From Alphaproteobacteria bacterium (GTDB lineage Bacteria; Pseudomonadota; Alphaproteobacteria; SHVV01), in NCBI GenBank assembly GCA_965224275.1, contig CBDCYR010000009.1, positions 134,864 through 198,863 of the forward strand: a stretch of DNA of 64,000 nt, in the 5' to 3' direction. The notes beneath the pieces were generated by a model, which did not search any database, had not been told where the DNA came from, and saw only the letters and a list, made by a program, of their open reading frames with translations. Below are positions 10,763 through 19,071 of the stretch, one piece after another; the first letter of the stretch is position 1, and every line of letters starts with the position of its first letter. Position numbers and translations under genes: made by a program.

Positions 10763-10879
10763 GTTGTGCCTCCTCGTTTGCTTTGACACAACCGAGTAAG
10801 CCACAACCGACTGAAATCACTCAACTAGTTTCGGGTTGGCCTCTTAGAAAGCGTCACAGATCCCGGGCATTTCTATGTT
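9929..10879 (-). mobile_element. IS5-family insertion sequence, about 0.94 kb, single transposase ORF
   Basis: Removing about 944 bp (9936..10879, plus or minus 8 bp) restores an intact GIY-YIG ORF; contains a DDE transposase gene; identical 8-mer tctatgtt at both junctions (9928-9935 and 10872-10879), so exact ends cannot be fixed; no convincing terminal inverted repeats found by eye. Confidence 0.7.
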
Positions 10880-11065
10880 GGTTTGACAGCGAATGTTGAG
10901 CGTCGTTTGCAGAATCACAATGCCGGCGGTTCCACTCACACCGCAAAGTACCGGCCATGGAAACTTTCGACGTTTATCGGGTTTTCGGATCGTGCCAAGG
11001 CGCGTCGGTTTGAGCGGTATCTCAAGTCTGGCTCCGGACGCGCCTTCTCTAAGAAACACTTCTGA
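10880..11065 (+). pseudogene. 3' fragment of the IS-disrupted GIY-YIG nuclease family gene
   Basis: GLTANVERRLQNHNAGGSTHTAKYRPWKLSTFIGFSDRAKARRFERYLKSGSGRAFSKKHF matches the GIY-YIG/UPF0213 C-terminal half (ERRLxEHN...). Confidence 0.7.
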
Positions 11066-11106
11066 ATCATCATAGAGACGTTCGATTCACACCATGAAAG
11101 CCGCTA

Positions 11107-11811
11107 ATGCTTCGTCGCCGTACCCGGGTTGATGCTCTGATAGGTCCTGGCGGCGTTCCGGTCGTCGTGCAACGCACCAATCGTAAAAAGACGGTCGGGA
11201 TCATCGTTGAGAATGGGGGGGTCCGTATTCGGGCACCCAAACGCCTTGCAAATTGGCGAATCCAGGAACTTATTAACGATCGAGCGGAATGGATCAGCGC
11301 CAAGCTGCGCCGCCAAGCGGCGCGACCCGTCCCGTCCCCGCGATGCTACGCCAATGGCGAGGAGTTCCTCTATCTCGGCCAATCCCATCGGCTCATGATC
11401 GTCGACGACGAAGACCAGCCGATCACGATCGAAAACGATTGCCTAGTGGCGCCTCGATCGCTCGATCCGGCTTCGCGTATTGCGGCGTGGTACCGGCGCC
11501 AGGCCGAGATCGTCTTGCGTGAAACCACAGACCGATTCGCGCTACTTATCGGGGTTGTCCCACGCTCGGTCACGGTGCGGGAGTACAAGAGCCAGTGGGG
11601 GAGCTGCAATTCACGGGGTGACGTCCGCTACAATACGCGGCTCATCCTAGCGCCCATCGATGTCGTCGAATACGTGGTGGTTCACGAACTCGCGCACTTG
11701 CTCCATCTCAATCATTCGCCGCGCTATTGGGAGCGCGTGAGCGCTATCATTCCTGATCACCGGGAACGGCGAAAATGGCTTAGGAAAAACGGAGCAACGC
11801 TCCAGATCTGA
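11107..11811 (+). CDS. M48-family zinc metallohydrolase (YgjP/DUF45-like)
   Basis: HEXXH-type motif VVVHELAHLLHLNHSPRYWE near the C-terminus, typical of the YgjP/DUF45 family; 234 aa. Confidence 0.7.
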   Translation: MLRRRTRVDALIGPGGVPVVVQRTNRKKTVGIIVENGGVRIRAPKRLANWRIQELINDRAEWISAKLRRQAARPVPSPRCYANGEEFLYLGQSHRLMIVDDEDQPITIENDCLVAPRSLDPASRIAAWYRRQAEIVLRETTDRFALLIGVVPRSVTVREYKSQWGSCNSRGDVRYNTRLILAPIDVVEYVVVHELAHLLHLNHSPRYWERVSAIIPDHRERRKWLRKNGATLQI

Positions 11812-11880
11812 GCCGCCCGCTGGAGATGGTTAGGTTCGCCAGGGCTTTCCCGTGGCCGCGCTATCGACTCTTGTGGTTCG

Positions 11881-12519
11881 TTGGATCGAGTACGACAATT
11901 TTTCGAATTGGGGGAATTAGAGATGACGGATGCATACGGACTGTACGAGTTTGTCGACGAGGTGCGTCGCTGTATCGCCCAACAGCAATCGCCGGCGGCA
12001 GTGTTGGAGGCTGTGTCTCCCGGGTTTGAACGTTTGCTCGCGAACCCGACCTTCCTGCGCGAAAAGATCGAGGAAGTTGGGGTCCATAGCGACGAAGTCT
12101 GTTTGCACGCGGAGCCCAATAACGGCTTTGTCGTGCTTGCTCGCGGCGTTTCGCAGAAGCAGACCTATCAGGGAAAGTCGCATGCCGTCGTGCCGCATGA
12201 TCACGGCCCGTTGTGGGCGCTGTATGGCATTTACGAGGGCAGCTCCAACCTGCAGCGCTGGGAGCCGGATGCGTCAGAACAATCCGGTCCGTTTCCGGGG
12301 CTGAAATTGGCATCCGAGCGCCCCGTAAGCCCCGGTGGGATGGATGCGATCGAACCCCACAACATGCATTTACCGGTGCACACCCCAGGGGCTGGCACGA
12401 TCATCATTGTGGTTTACGACCATCCGTTGGATGCAGTTGTGCGCCGCGGCTACGTCGCGTCCGCGAAAACGGTGACCGATTTCCAAGGCATTTTTCCACC
12501 GCTCGAACTACCCACATAG
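11881..12519 (+). CDS. hypothetical protein, cupin-like (possible thiol dioxygenase-like fold)
   Basis: 212-aa ORF with His-containing beta-strand motifs (HSDEVCLHAEP...HAVVPHDHG...HNMHLPVHTPGAG); true start may be Met15 at 11923. Confidence 0.45.
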   Translation: MDRVRQFFELGELEMTDAYGLYEFVDEVRRCIAQQQSPAAVLEAVSPGFERLLANPTFLREKIEEVGVHSDEVCLHAEPNNGFVVLARGVSQKQTYQGKSHAVVPHDHGPLWALYGIYEGSSNLQRWEPDASEQSGPFPGLKLASERPVSPGGMDAIEPHNMHLPVHTPGAGTIIIVVYDHPLDAVVRRGYVASAKTVTDFQGIFPPLELPT

Positions 12520-12547
12520 TGTGCTTTCGTCGGCTACGGACAATGAG

Positions 12548-12575
12548 AAAGGGCGGTCCCCGAAGACCGCCCTTT
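12548..12575. terminator. bidirectional rho-independent terminator hairpin AAAGGGCGGTC-cccgaa-GACCGCCCTTT between two convergent genes
   Basis: Perfect 11-bp inverted repeat with A-run on one side and T-run on the other; downstream of both the cupin gene (+) and ppiC (-). Confidence 0.7.
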
Positions 12576-12704
12576 CAACACGCGATGGAAACCTGAGCTT
12601 AGCTGCTCAACGCGTCGCTCGCCTTGGCAGTGTGGGTCGCGATCACATCCATCAAAACCGGTGACAGACAATCGTAGGGCCTAAGCGCGCCCTCGAAGCT
12701 GGGC

Positions 12705-13025
12705 CTATGCCGTGCGATGGATGAGGTGGTAGCCAAATGCGGTTTCGACGACGTCACTGATCTCGCCGACACCCATCCCGAAGGCGGCCTGTTCGAATTC
12801 CGGCACCATCATGCCACGGCCAAAATCACCGAGTTCGCCACCTTGGCTGCTGGACGGGCAATCAGAATGTTCTTTCGCGAGTTCGCTAAACTCGGCGCCG
12901 TCATCGATCTTTGCTTTAAGCCCGCCGATTTCTTCAAGCGCGTCCTCGCGCGAACGCGACGAACTCGCGTTTTGCGAACCGTCAAACGAAAGGAGAATGT
13001 GCGAAGCGCTAACTTGGTCGGTCAT
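12705..13025 (-). CDS. ppiC: parvulin-type peptidyl-prolyl cis-trans isomerase (PpiC-like)
   Basis: ASHILLSF...EFSELAKEHSDCPSSSQGGELGDFGRGMMVPEFEQAAFGM...GYHLIHR matches the E. coli PpiC pattern. Confidence 0.8.
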   Translation of the reverse strand: MTDQVSASHILLSFDGSQNASSSRSREDALEEIGGLKAKIDDGAEFSELAKEHSDCPSSSQGGELGDFGRGMMVPEFEQAAFGMGVGEISDVVETAFGYHLIHRTA

Positions 13026-13180
13026 GGTTTCCGTCCCTTCTTAGGAAAACAACTAATCGAGCGGACAGCGCATCTCCAAGGCTGGAGCGCACGGCGCGCA
13101 AGCATGCACAATACGCGGGTTTTCAGCTATTCAAATATGCCCATCGGGTTTGGGTTAGGCGGCGCCCGGCTAACGTCAAC

Positions 13181-13720
13181 TCAGCCCGATGTGTATGTCT
13201 TCACCGGTGAGTCGTCCATAAATGCCAGGTGTTCGTACTCGACCAGTTCGAGTTGATTGCCCCACGGATCGAGGAAATAGTTCACGCGCAAACCGGCGCA
13301 CGGGCCATCGTCGAGGACAATAGGTCCGGCCATCACCCGACACCCGTTTTCAGCGAGATAGGTTTTTGCAACCTCAAGGTCGGTTACCTTGAAGGCGAGG
13401 TGATGGCCGCCATAATCGCAATTACGCGGCGGCGTGGTGCTGCGATCGTCGGGCTTGTCGTATTGGAACAGCTCGAGCATGAGGTTCGGTCCGACCTGCA
13501 GCATCGCGATTGTCAATCGGGCGCCGACAACGTTGAGGTGGGCCTCGGTCCAACCGCGACCATCGTCCATCGGCGGGATCTCGGCGTTGTCGAACGGGCC
13601 GAGCCGATAGAGCTCGGTACCGCCAATTACCTGGCTATAGAAGGCAACTGCGTCGTCTAGGTTTGGTACGGTAATCGCCGTATGGTCGACATGCTGCAAT
13701 CCGGGTATCCCTCCAGCCAT
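13181..13720 (-). CDS. VOC family protein (glyoxalase/bleomycin resistance/extradiol dioxygenase fold)
   Basis: 179 aa; VOC-like N-terminus (LQHVDHTAITVPNLDDAVAFYSQVIGG); last gene of the dioxygenase operon. Confidence 0.65.
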   Translation of the reverse strand: MAGGIPGLQHVDHTAITVPNLDDAVAFYSQVIGGTELYRLGPFDNAEIPPMDDGRGWTEAHLNVVGARLTIAMLQVGPNLMLELFQYDKPDDRSTTPPRNCDYGGHHLAFKVTDLEVAKTYLAENGCRVMAGPIVLDDGPCAGLRVNYFLDPWGNQLELVEYEHLAFMDDSPVKTYTSG

Positions 13721-13753
13721 GATTCTCCCTCCTACGGATGTTGTGCGTGGCGG

Positions 13754-14212
13754 CTAAAGCGGTAGTGGCGACGGCATCGCCAGTAATCGTGTGCGCAGGG
13801 CCACGACGCGCTCGGTAATTTGCCAACGCAACCGAGAATGGTGCCAACAATCCTCGTAACGGGCGAGTGCGTAGCACGTCGTGCGACCGTCATCATCGGT
13901 ATGGTAGATGGCCACGGTTGACGAGGTCTGCGCATGATCTGTGTCGATGGTGATGCTATCTACCGCGATCAATCGGTTTTGTTGGTAACGCCGCCATTCG
14001 TGCTTGTGGAGCGTTTCGTAGCGCTCTTTGAGCTGGTTGCGATCGAGTTCCATCCAGACCATCGTATCGGGCAGTTCCGGCGCGTTGACTTCCACCCGGT
14101 AATTGCCGGACTCTTCGAACAAGTCGACAAACGACTGATAGGCGCAATCGTCGAGAAAGCGTGCCGAGGCGTGCACCAGCGAGCGCAGCATCTCTCGAGA
14201 CTCGGCGGTCAC
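13754..14212 (-). CDS. aromatic ring-hydroxylating dioxygenase beta (small) subunit, NTF2-like
   Basis: 152 aa, NTF2/SnoaL-like fold, directly downstream of the Rieske alpha subunit. Confidence 0.75.
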   Translation of the reverse strand: MTAESREMLRSLVHASARFLDDCAYQSFVDLFEESGNYRVEVNAPELPDTMVWMELDRNQLKERYETLHKHEWRRYQQNRLIAVDSITIDTDHAQTSSTVAIYHTDDDGRTTCYALARYEDCWHHSRLRWQITERVVALRTRLLAMPSPLPL

Positions 14213-14221
14213 TGACCCTGC

Positions 14222-15433
14222 CTAGGCCTGCGGTTGCGGTGACGCAGGTGGCGCATCGATGTCGTGCGGCTGGCGGCCAGTTTTGCGCTGCCATTCGGCG
14301 TAGAACGCGCGTAGCGTTGCATCGTCCATCGGGCCAAGATTCTCTTCACGAGCGATCATGCTGAAGGCGCTGGCGCCCGACGCCATGTTGCGCCATTGCG
14401 TTTCAACCGCCCAGATATCCTCGGGTAAGTTTCGGCCCATCGGCCCCCATACCTGGTTGTGTTGCGCGACACGTTGGCGTCGCACATCGGGTGGGTCACC
14501 CTTGAGGCCGAGGCCGCGACATTCCAGCAAGGTGCGGCCTGGAGCTATCGGGGTGAGCGAATCGATCCGTAGCACGGTCGAGCGGCAGTTCAGCATCATG
14601 TCGGGGAAGAGATCGACTACCAGGTGGCCGTTGGGAAGCATCCCCGGCAGCAGGTTTTCGTCGCGGGCGCCGAGATCGAGGCGGTCGTAGCCAATCGCGG
14701 CGTGTTCGAAAACCAGATGCCCATTGCGGTGCACGTGCCAGCGACGGTTACGGTACTCTTTCAGGCCAACCGCGGTCGTCCGGTTCAATAAATGGAGGAG
14801 CTCGTGATAGCCCTCCGCATTGGTTTCGACGAACAGCTTCCAGTTGGCGGCAAGTTCGGCGCGGTGCAGGTGAAAGACCTCGAATTCGGCATCCGCGAAC
14901 GGTCCCCGCAACTCTTCAACAATCTCCGATCCGAGAAAGTCGACAAGCGGTTCAACCTCATCGTCGAGGCAGACAAACACCAACCCGAACAGCTCCTCGG
15001 TTCGCACCGCTTGCAGCGAAACCTGTTCCGGCTTGAGTCCACTCGCGGCATAGCCATCGTGTTGCGGGATGGTGATGCATTGCCCACGGCTGTCATACGA
15101 CCACAAGTGGTAGAAGCAGTTGATGGTGTTGTTGGCCAACCGGCCGGCAGGTTCGCGAATCAATCGGGCACCGCGATGCGCGCACACATTAACAAACGTG
15201 CGAAGTTGGGCGTCGTCGCCGCGTACCACGATCAGTTGGCGGCCGGCGACAGTTACTAACCTAAAGTCACCGGGCTCGGGAAGTTCTCCCGCGCAACACA
15301 CGAATTTCCAGGTGGCGGCGAAGATCCGGTCGCGCTCAAGCGCAAATATTTCTTCGTCGGCATAGATGCGGTTGTCGAGGTAGTGCGACGGCGGAAGATC
15401 CCTAGCAATCCATCCGTCTACGGCGTTGGTCAT
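14222..15433 (-). CDS. Rieske (2Fe-2S) aromatic ring-hydroxylating dioxygenase alpha (large) subunit
   Basis: Rieske motif CAHRG...(17 aa)...CFYHLW and a C-terminal catalytic domain with mononuclear-iron His ligands (EGYHELLHLLN); 403 aa. Confidence 0.85.
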   Translation of the reverse strand: MTNAVDGWIARDLPPSHYLDNRIYADEEIFALERDRIFAATWKFVCCAGELPEPGDFRLVTVAGRQLIVVRGDDAQLRTFVNVCAHRGARLIREPAGRLANNTINCFYHLWSYDSRGQCITIPQHDGYAASGLKPEQVSLQAVRTEELFGLVFVCLDDEVEPLVDFLGSEIVEELRGPFADAEFEVFHLHRAELAANWKLFVETNAEGYHELLHLLNRTTAVGLKEYRNRRWHVHRNGHLVFEHAAIGYDRLDLGARDENLLPGMLPNGHLVVDLFPDMMLNCRSTVLRIDSLTPIAPGRTLLECRGLGLKGDPPDVRRQRVAQHNQVWGPMGRNLPEDIWAVETQWRNMASGASAFSMIAREENLGPMDDATLRAFYAEWQRKTGRQPHDIDAPPASPQPQA

Positions 15434-15499
15434 ACTGAGAAACTCTCGGTCGCGTAAGCGGCCGCCGTCAATGCATACCTCACACCGCCGCTAACGTCG

Positions 15500-16192
15500 C
15501 TACTCGGCAGCCGCGCTTTCGAACAAGGTGCCGACGTAGAAGCCTCGTTTTTGCATCGATGCGATGAACTCATCTTCGAAATTCGCCGGCACCGAACCGA
15601 TAACACGCTCGTTGGCGAGGATCGCGTCGGACCACGCCTGAACCAGCGGGAACGCGCCGAGCAGGCCGGTATGAAGCCGTGCCTCGACGAAAGCAAAACG
15701 CTGCAGAAACGGCGCATAGGCGGCGTCAACAAGCGATAAAGTGTCGCCGTTGAAGTAGGGTCCAGAGCCTTCACGTTCTACGGAAAGAGCTTCTTCGAGT
15801 TTGGCCACGCGCTTGGCGGCAACCTCAAGTTTCTCGTCGATCTCGTCCTTCGATTTAGTCCAGTAAACGCCGCTGAGCCCGCTCGCGAAATCGGGCGCGA
15901 AATCCGTCCACGCCCGATTGCGGGCGCGTTTGATTGGATCAGCCGGGTGGAGCCGGGGCTCGGCCATCTCATCAAGGAACTCGGCAATGGCATTCGATTC
16001 GAACAGGGGCTGCTCGTCGACCGACAGCACCGGCACTTTGCCATGCGGAGATATCTCCAGGAACCAATCGGGCTTATCGCTCAGATTGATATAGGTAACG
16101 TCGAAATCGACCTGTTTGGCGCGCAAAACGATCACGGCGCGCTGGACCCAAGGTCACGTAAACGAGCTGATCAGATGGTATTTCTTTGTCAT
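15500..16192 (-). CDS. omega-class-like glutathione S-transferase with an in-frame TGA at the catalytic Cys position (candidate selenoprotein; alternatively a pseudogene or sequence error)
   Basis: From ATG 16192 (GAGGG Shine-Dalgarno 7 nt upstream) the frame reads MTKKYHLISSFT-[TGA at 16156-16154]-PWVQRAVIVLRAKQVDFDVTYINLSDKPDWFLEISPHGKVPVL..., the GST N-terminal thioredoxin fold with TGA where omega-class GSTs have the CPxxxR active-site Cys. The listed ORF (15500..16135, GTG start) is the part downstream of the TGA. Confidence 0.6.
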
Positions 16193-16299
16193 GGTATTTC
16201 CCTCTGCCGCCAACCATAAATGGGCGACAGATCCGGGTCAAAACCCTTTACGCGGTGATGTGGTGGAAATTCTGATGACGGCGGCGATCGCTTGGCGGC

Positions 16300-16842
16300 G
16301 TGCCTGCTCATAATGCTGATTTCAGTTACGTGCCTTTGGCATCGTCGAACTTGGCTCGGGCTGCCAGTGACGATCCGGTGGTGCTAACCATCGCCGGCGA
16401 CATCGCAAAATCAAATCGCGGCGCGACCGACGGATTCGCTGATGCCTTTTTCCGCTATCACGACATCACATTCGCTCGTGCGTTCGCCTTTACCGGTGGC
16501 GATCTCGAAAGGCTTGGAACCCATCAGTTGACGGCAACATATCCGGGAAAGGATCTGTCGGTGACGGTCGAAGGGCCGCGCCTCAGTGACGTATTGGACG
16601 CGGTCGGTGCGCGCGGCGAGACCGTTCACGTCCTGGCGTTTGATGGCTATTCAGCCGCAATACCGATCGCCGAGCTGCGCCGGTATCCCGTTGTTTTGGC
16701 GCTCAAACGAAACGGACGCTACCTCGATATCGGGGGACGCGGCCCGGCATGGGTGATCTATCCGTCCAACGAGTACCCGGAACTGGCGGACCGCGATGAT
16801 GCCAAATGGGTTTGGAGCGTGTTTTTCATCCGCGTCGAATGA
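16300..16842 (+). CDS. hypothetical protein with weak resemblance to the molybdopterin-binding oxidoreductase (sulfite-oxidase-like) domain
   Basis: 180-aa ORF; C-terminal pattern PVVLALKRNGRYL...GPAWVIYP resembles the Mo-oxidoreductase substrate domain; start and function uncertain. Confidence 0.4.
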   Translation: MPAHNADFSYVPLASSNLARAASDDPVVLTIAGDIAKSNRGATDGFADAFFRYHDITFARAFAFTGGDLERLGTHQLTATYPGKDLSVTVEGPRLSDVLDAVGARGETVHVLAFDGYSAAIPIAELRRYPVVLALKRNGRYLDIGGRGPAWVIYPSNEYPELADRDDAKWVWSVFFIRVE

Positions 16843-16848
16843 CGCGGT

Positions 16849-17211
16849 TTACACGGTCAGAATCTCGAGGATATGGCCATTGGGATCGCAAAAGTACACG
16901 CCTCGCCCACCTCGCCGGTGGTTGATCTCCATGTTGTCGACCTGGCGAGGGCCGCTGCCATAGACGATTCCCTCGCGCTTGATGCGGCTGAAGATTTCGT
17001 CGAATTCCGCGTTATCAACTTTGAACGCGTAGTGGTGATGGTGGAAGTCTTCGGCGTTGTCGAAGTCGAGCGTTAGCGCAGCGTTCACTCTGACCGGCGC
17101 AAAGTGCGATTGGGTTCCTTTGTAGGTGAGGCCGAAAATGCGCGCGAAAAACTCTGCCGACGCCACTTTGTCGTGGGCGGGAACGATGGTGTGGTTGAGT
17201 TCGATGGCCAC
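16849..17211 (-). CDS. VOC family protein (glyoxalase-like)
   Basis: 120 aa; VOC-like N-terminus (LNHTIVPAHDKVASAEFFARIFGL). Confidence 0.6.
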   Translation of the reverse strand: MAIELNHTIVPAHDKVASAEFFARIFGLTYKGTQSHFAPVRVNAALTLDFDNAEDFHHHHYAFKVDNAEFDEIFSRIKREGIVYGSGPRQVDNMEINHRRGGRGVYFCDPNGHILEILTV

Positions 17212-17399
17212 CTCTGGAGTTTAGCTGATCTGCACGCGTCTCGTCGTAAAACGCCAAGCAATGAGGTTTCGTCACGATTGTTCCCTGGCAGCGGCTGCAA
17301 TCGATCTGGACAATGCAGCGTCTAATGATCAATTTGGCCACAATGCCGTCCATCTGTTTGAGTTTCGTTGCCATCCAGAATCTTGAATAGGCTACAGCG

Positions 17400-17789
17400 A
17401 TGACAGGAACGGAGAAGCTATCGGCTGACCAACGCGACTTGCGGGACTATGCGTTGTCGTTGCCGGGCGCGCATGAAGATTTCCCATGGGGCGATCGCGT
17501 CGCCAAAGTCGGCAAAAAGGTGTTCGCCTTTATGGGGCACGACGACAAGTCGGTGGGGGTATCGGTTGCCGTCAAATTGCCGCACAGCAGCACCGAGGCA
17601 TTGGCGCTCCCGTTTACCGAGCCAACCGGTCACGGCCTCGGACGCCACGGATGGGTGTCGGCGCGTTTCGCGCCCGACGAGCAGGCGTTGGTAAAACTTC
17701 TTAAGCAATGGATTTTGGAAAGTTACCGGGCGGTCGCGCCCAAACGCCTGATCGCCGAACTCGATCGCGGGGCCGAGTCGAACGACTAA
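17400..17789 (+). CDS. MmcQ/YjbR family DNA-binding protein
   Basis: 129 aa with the characteristic LPGAHEDFPWGDRVAKVGKKVFAFMGHDD motif. Confidence 0.7.
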   Translation: MTGTEKLSADQRDLRDYALSLPGAHEDFPWGDRVAKVGKKVFAFMGHDDKSVGVSVAVKLPHSSTEALALPFTEPTGHGLGRHGWVSARFAPDEQALVKLLKQWILESYRAVAPKRLIAELDRGAESND

Positions 17790-17791
17790 GT

Positions 17792-18331
17792 TTAAATCGG
17801 AATCGAAATCGGAAAGTGGAAGTCGTCGCAATTGATCACGGTGACTTTTTTGGAGCGGATCTTGAAGCTGGTTCCGTCGCGAAGAACGGCATACTCACAG
17901 CGTCCGCTAAATGCTCGTTGTTCCATCTCGGGGCGGTATTCGTGCATCACGAAGCGACAAGCGAACGCGTATTCTCCGGTCGCATCGTCAGCGGCGTTGA
18001 CGACAAAATTCCCTGCCACATGGGTCGTGCGGGTGTAGGGAATCTGAGCGTGGACGCGAGGGTGACGCAGCCGCTGAATGCGTAGATCCATAATTTCGCG
18101 GTCGTCGTAGAACAACGATAGCTCGTCGTCGGGACTCTCCTGATCGATGCGCGACGGCACCCAATAGTAACCGTCCTCCGTAAACAGATCGCGCCAGGCT
18201 TCGAAGTTGCGGCCGTCGAGCAATTCGAGCTCCGCGGTAACAAACTTCTCGAAGTCGCGAATCAGAAGCAACTCGTCGAGTCCGACGGGAAGATTGGCGG
18301 TCGCCGGCTTGGTGGGGGCAGCTTTGTTCAT
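17792..18331 (-). CDS. ring-hydroxylating dioxygenase beta-subunit-like / NTF2 (SnoaL-like) protein, orphan (no adjacent alpha subunit)
   Basis: 179 aa; FVTAELELLDGRNFEAWRDLFTEDGYYWVPS is the typical N-terminal motif of RHD small subunits. Confidence 0.65.
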   Translation of the reverse strand: MNKAAPTKPATANLPVGLDELLLIRDFEKFVTAELELLDGRNFEAWRDLFTEDGYYWVPSRIDQESPDDELSLFYDDREIMDLRIQRLRHPRVHAQIPYTRTTHVAGNFVVNAADDATGEYAFACRFVMHEYRPEMEQRAFSGRCEYAVLRDGTSFKIRSKKVTVINCDDFHFPISIPI

Positions 18332-18398
18332 CGTCGTGGTGATTGCCTGTTCGGGTGGAGCTTACCGTCTCGGCTTGATCCAACTCAATCTGGGTGTT

Positions 18399-19058
18399 CT
18401 AAATCTTTGGCGTATCGATGGTCCACGGTTCGGTGGCGGCGGCTCCGATCCAGGCCCGCACCGCGTCTGAGCCGATAAGCGCATCGCGATAATCTGCGGC
18501 GATCGCAGGCAAGCCAACACCGTAGGTGGCAAAGCGCGATGCCACCGGCGCGTACATCGCATCGGCGATGGAAAAACCGCCAAACAAGAATCCATCATCG
18601 TTGGATTTACCGAAGCGGGTCCGACAATGGTTCCATAACTCGACGATGCGATCGATGTCGTTTTGTGCGGTCTCCGACCAGTGCCAATCGCTGTGGCGGG
18701 CACGGCAATCCATCGGCAGGTCACGGCGCAGCGCCGCGAATCCGGCGTGCATTTCGTGAGCCACGGCGCGTGCATGGGCGCGCGCGTCAGCGTCAATCGG
18801 CCACATCGGTCGGGTTTGGTGGGTCTCGGCGACGTATTCGCAGATTGCCAGGGATTCCCAAACCGTCAGGTCGCCATCGTGCAAAACCGGTACCCGACCG
18901 GCCGGCGAATGCGCCCGGATACGCGCACCGCTATCGGCTTGGTCGAGCGGGATGACGACTTCCTCAAAGTCGATATCGAACTGGTTGAGCGCAACCCCAG
19001 CGCGCATCGACCAGGATGAGTAGTTCTTGTTTCCGAGAACGAGCGTTAATTGAGCCAC
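18399..19058 (-). CDS. glutathione S-transferase
   Basis: Start assigned to GTG 19058 (VAQLTLVLGNKNYSSWS, GGGAG Shine-Dalgarno 8 nt upstream); GST N-terminal (PVLHDGDLTVWESLAICEYVAE) and C-terminal helical domains. Confidence 0.8.
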   Translation of the reverse strand: MAQLTLVLGNKNYSSWSMRAGVALNQFDIDFEEVVIPLDQADSGARIRAHSPAGRVPVLHDGDLTVWESLAICEYVAETHQTRPMWPIDADARAHARAVAHEMHAGFAALRRDLPMDCRARHSDWHWSETAQNDIDRIVELWNHCRTRFGKSNDDGFLFGGFSIADAMYAPVASRFATYGVGLPAIAADYRDALIGSDAVRAWIGAAATEPWTIDTPKI

Positions 19059-19071
19059 GACACCACTCCCG

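Noticed and set aside
10208-10786. 192-aa plus-strand ORF inside the IS element
   Set aside because: Antisense to the DDE transposase gene, which has a clear Shine-Dalgarno and conserved motifs.
9880-10880. Terminal inverted repeats and exact target-site duplication of the IS element
   Set aside because: No convincing IR pair could be found by eye, and an 8-bp identity at both junctions makes the boundaries ambiguous; left as approximate.
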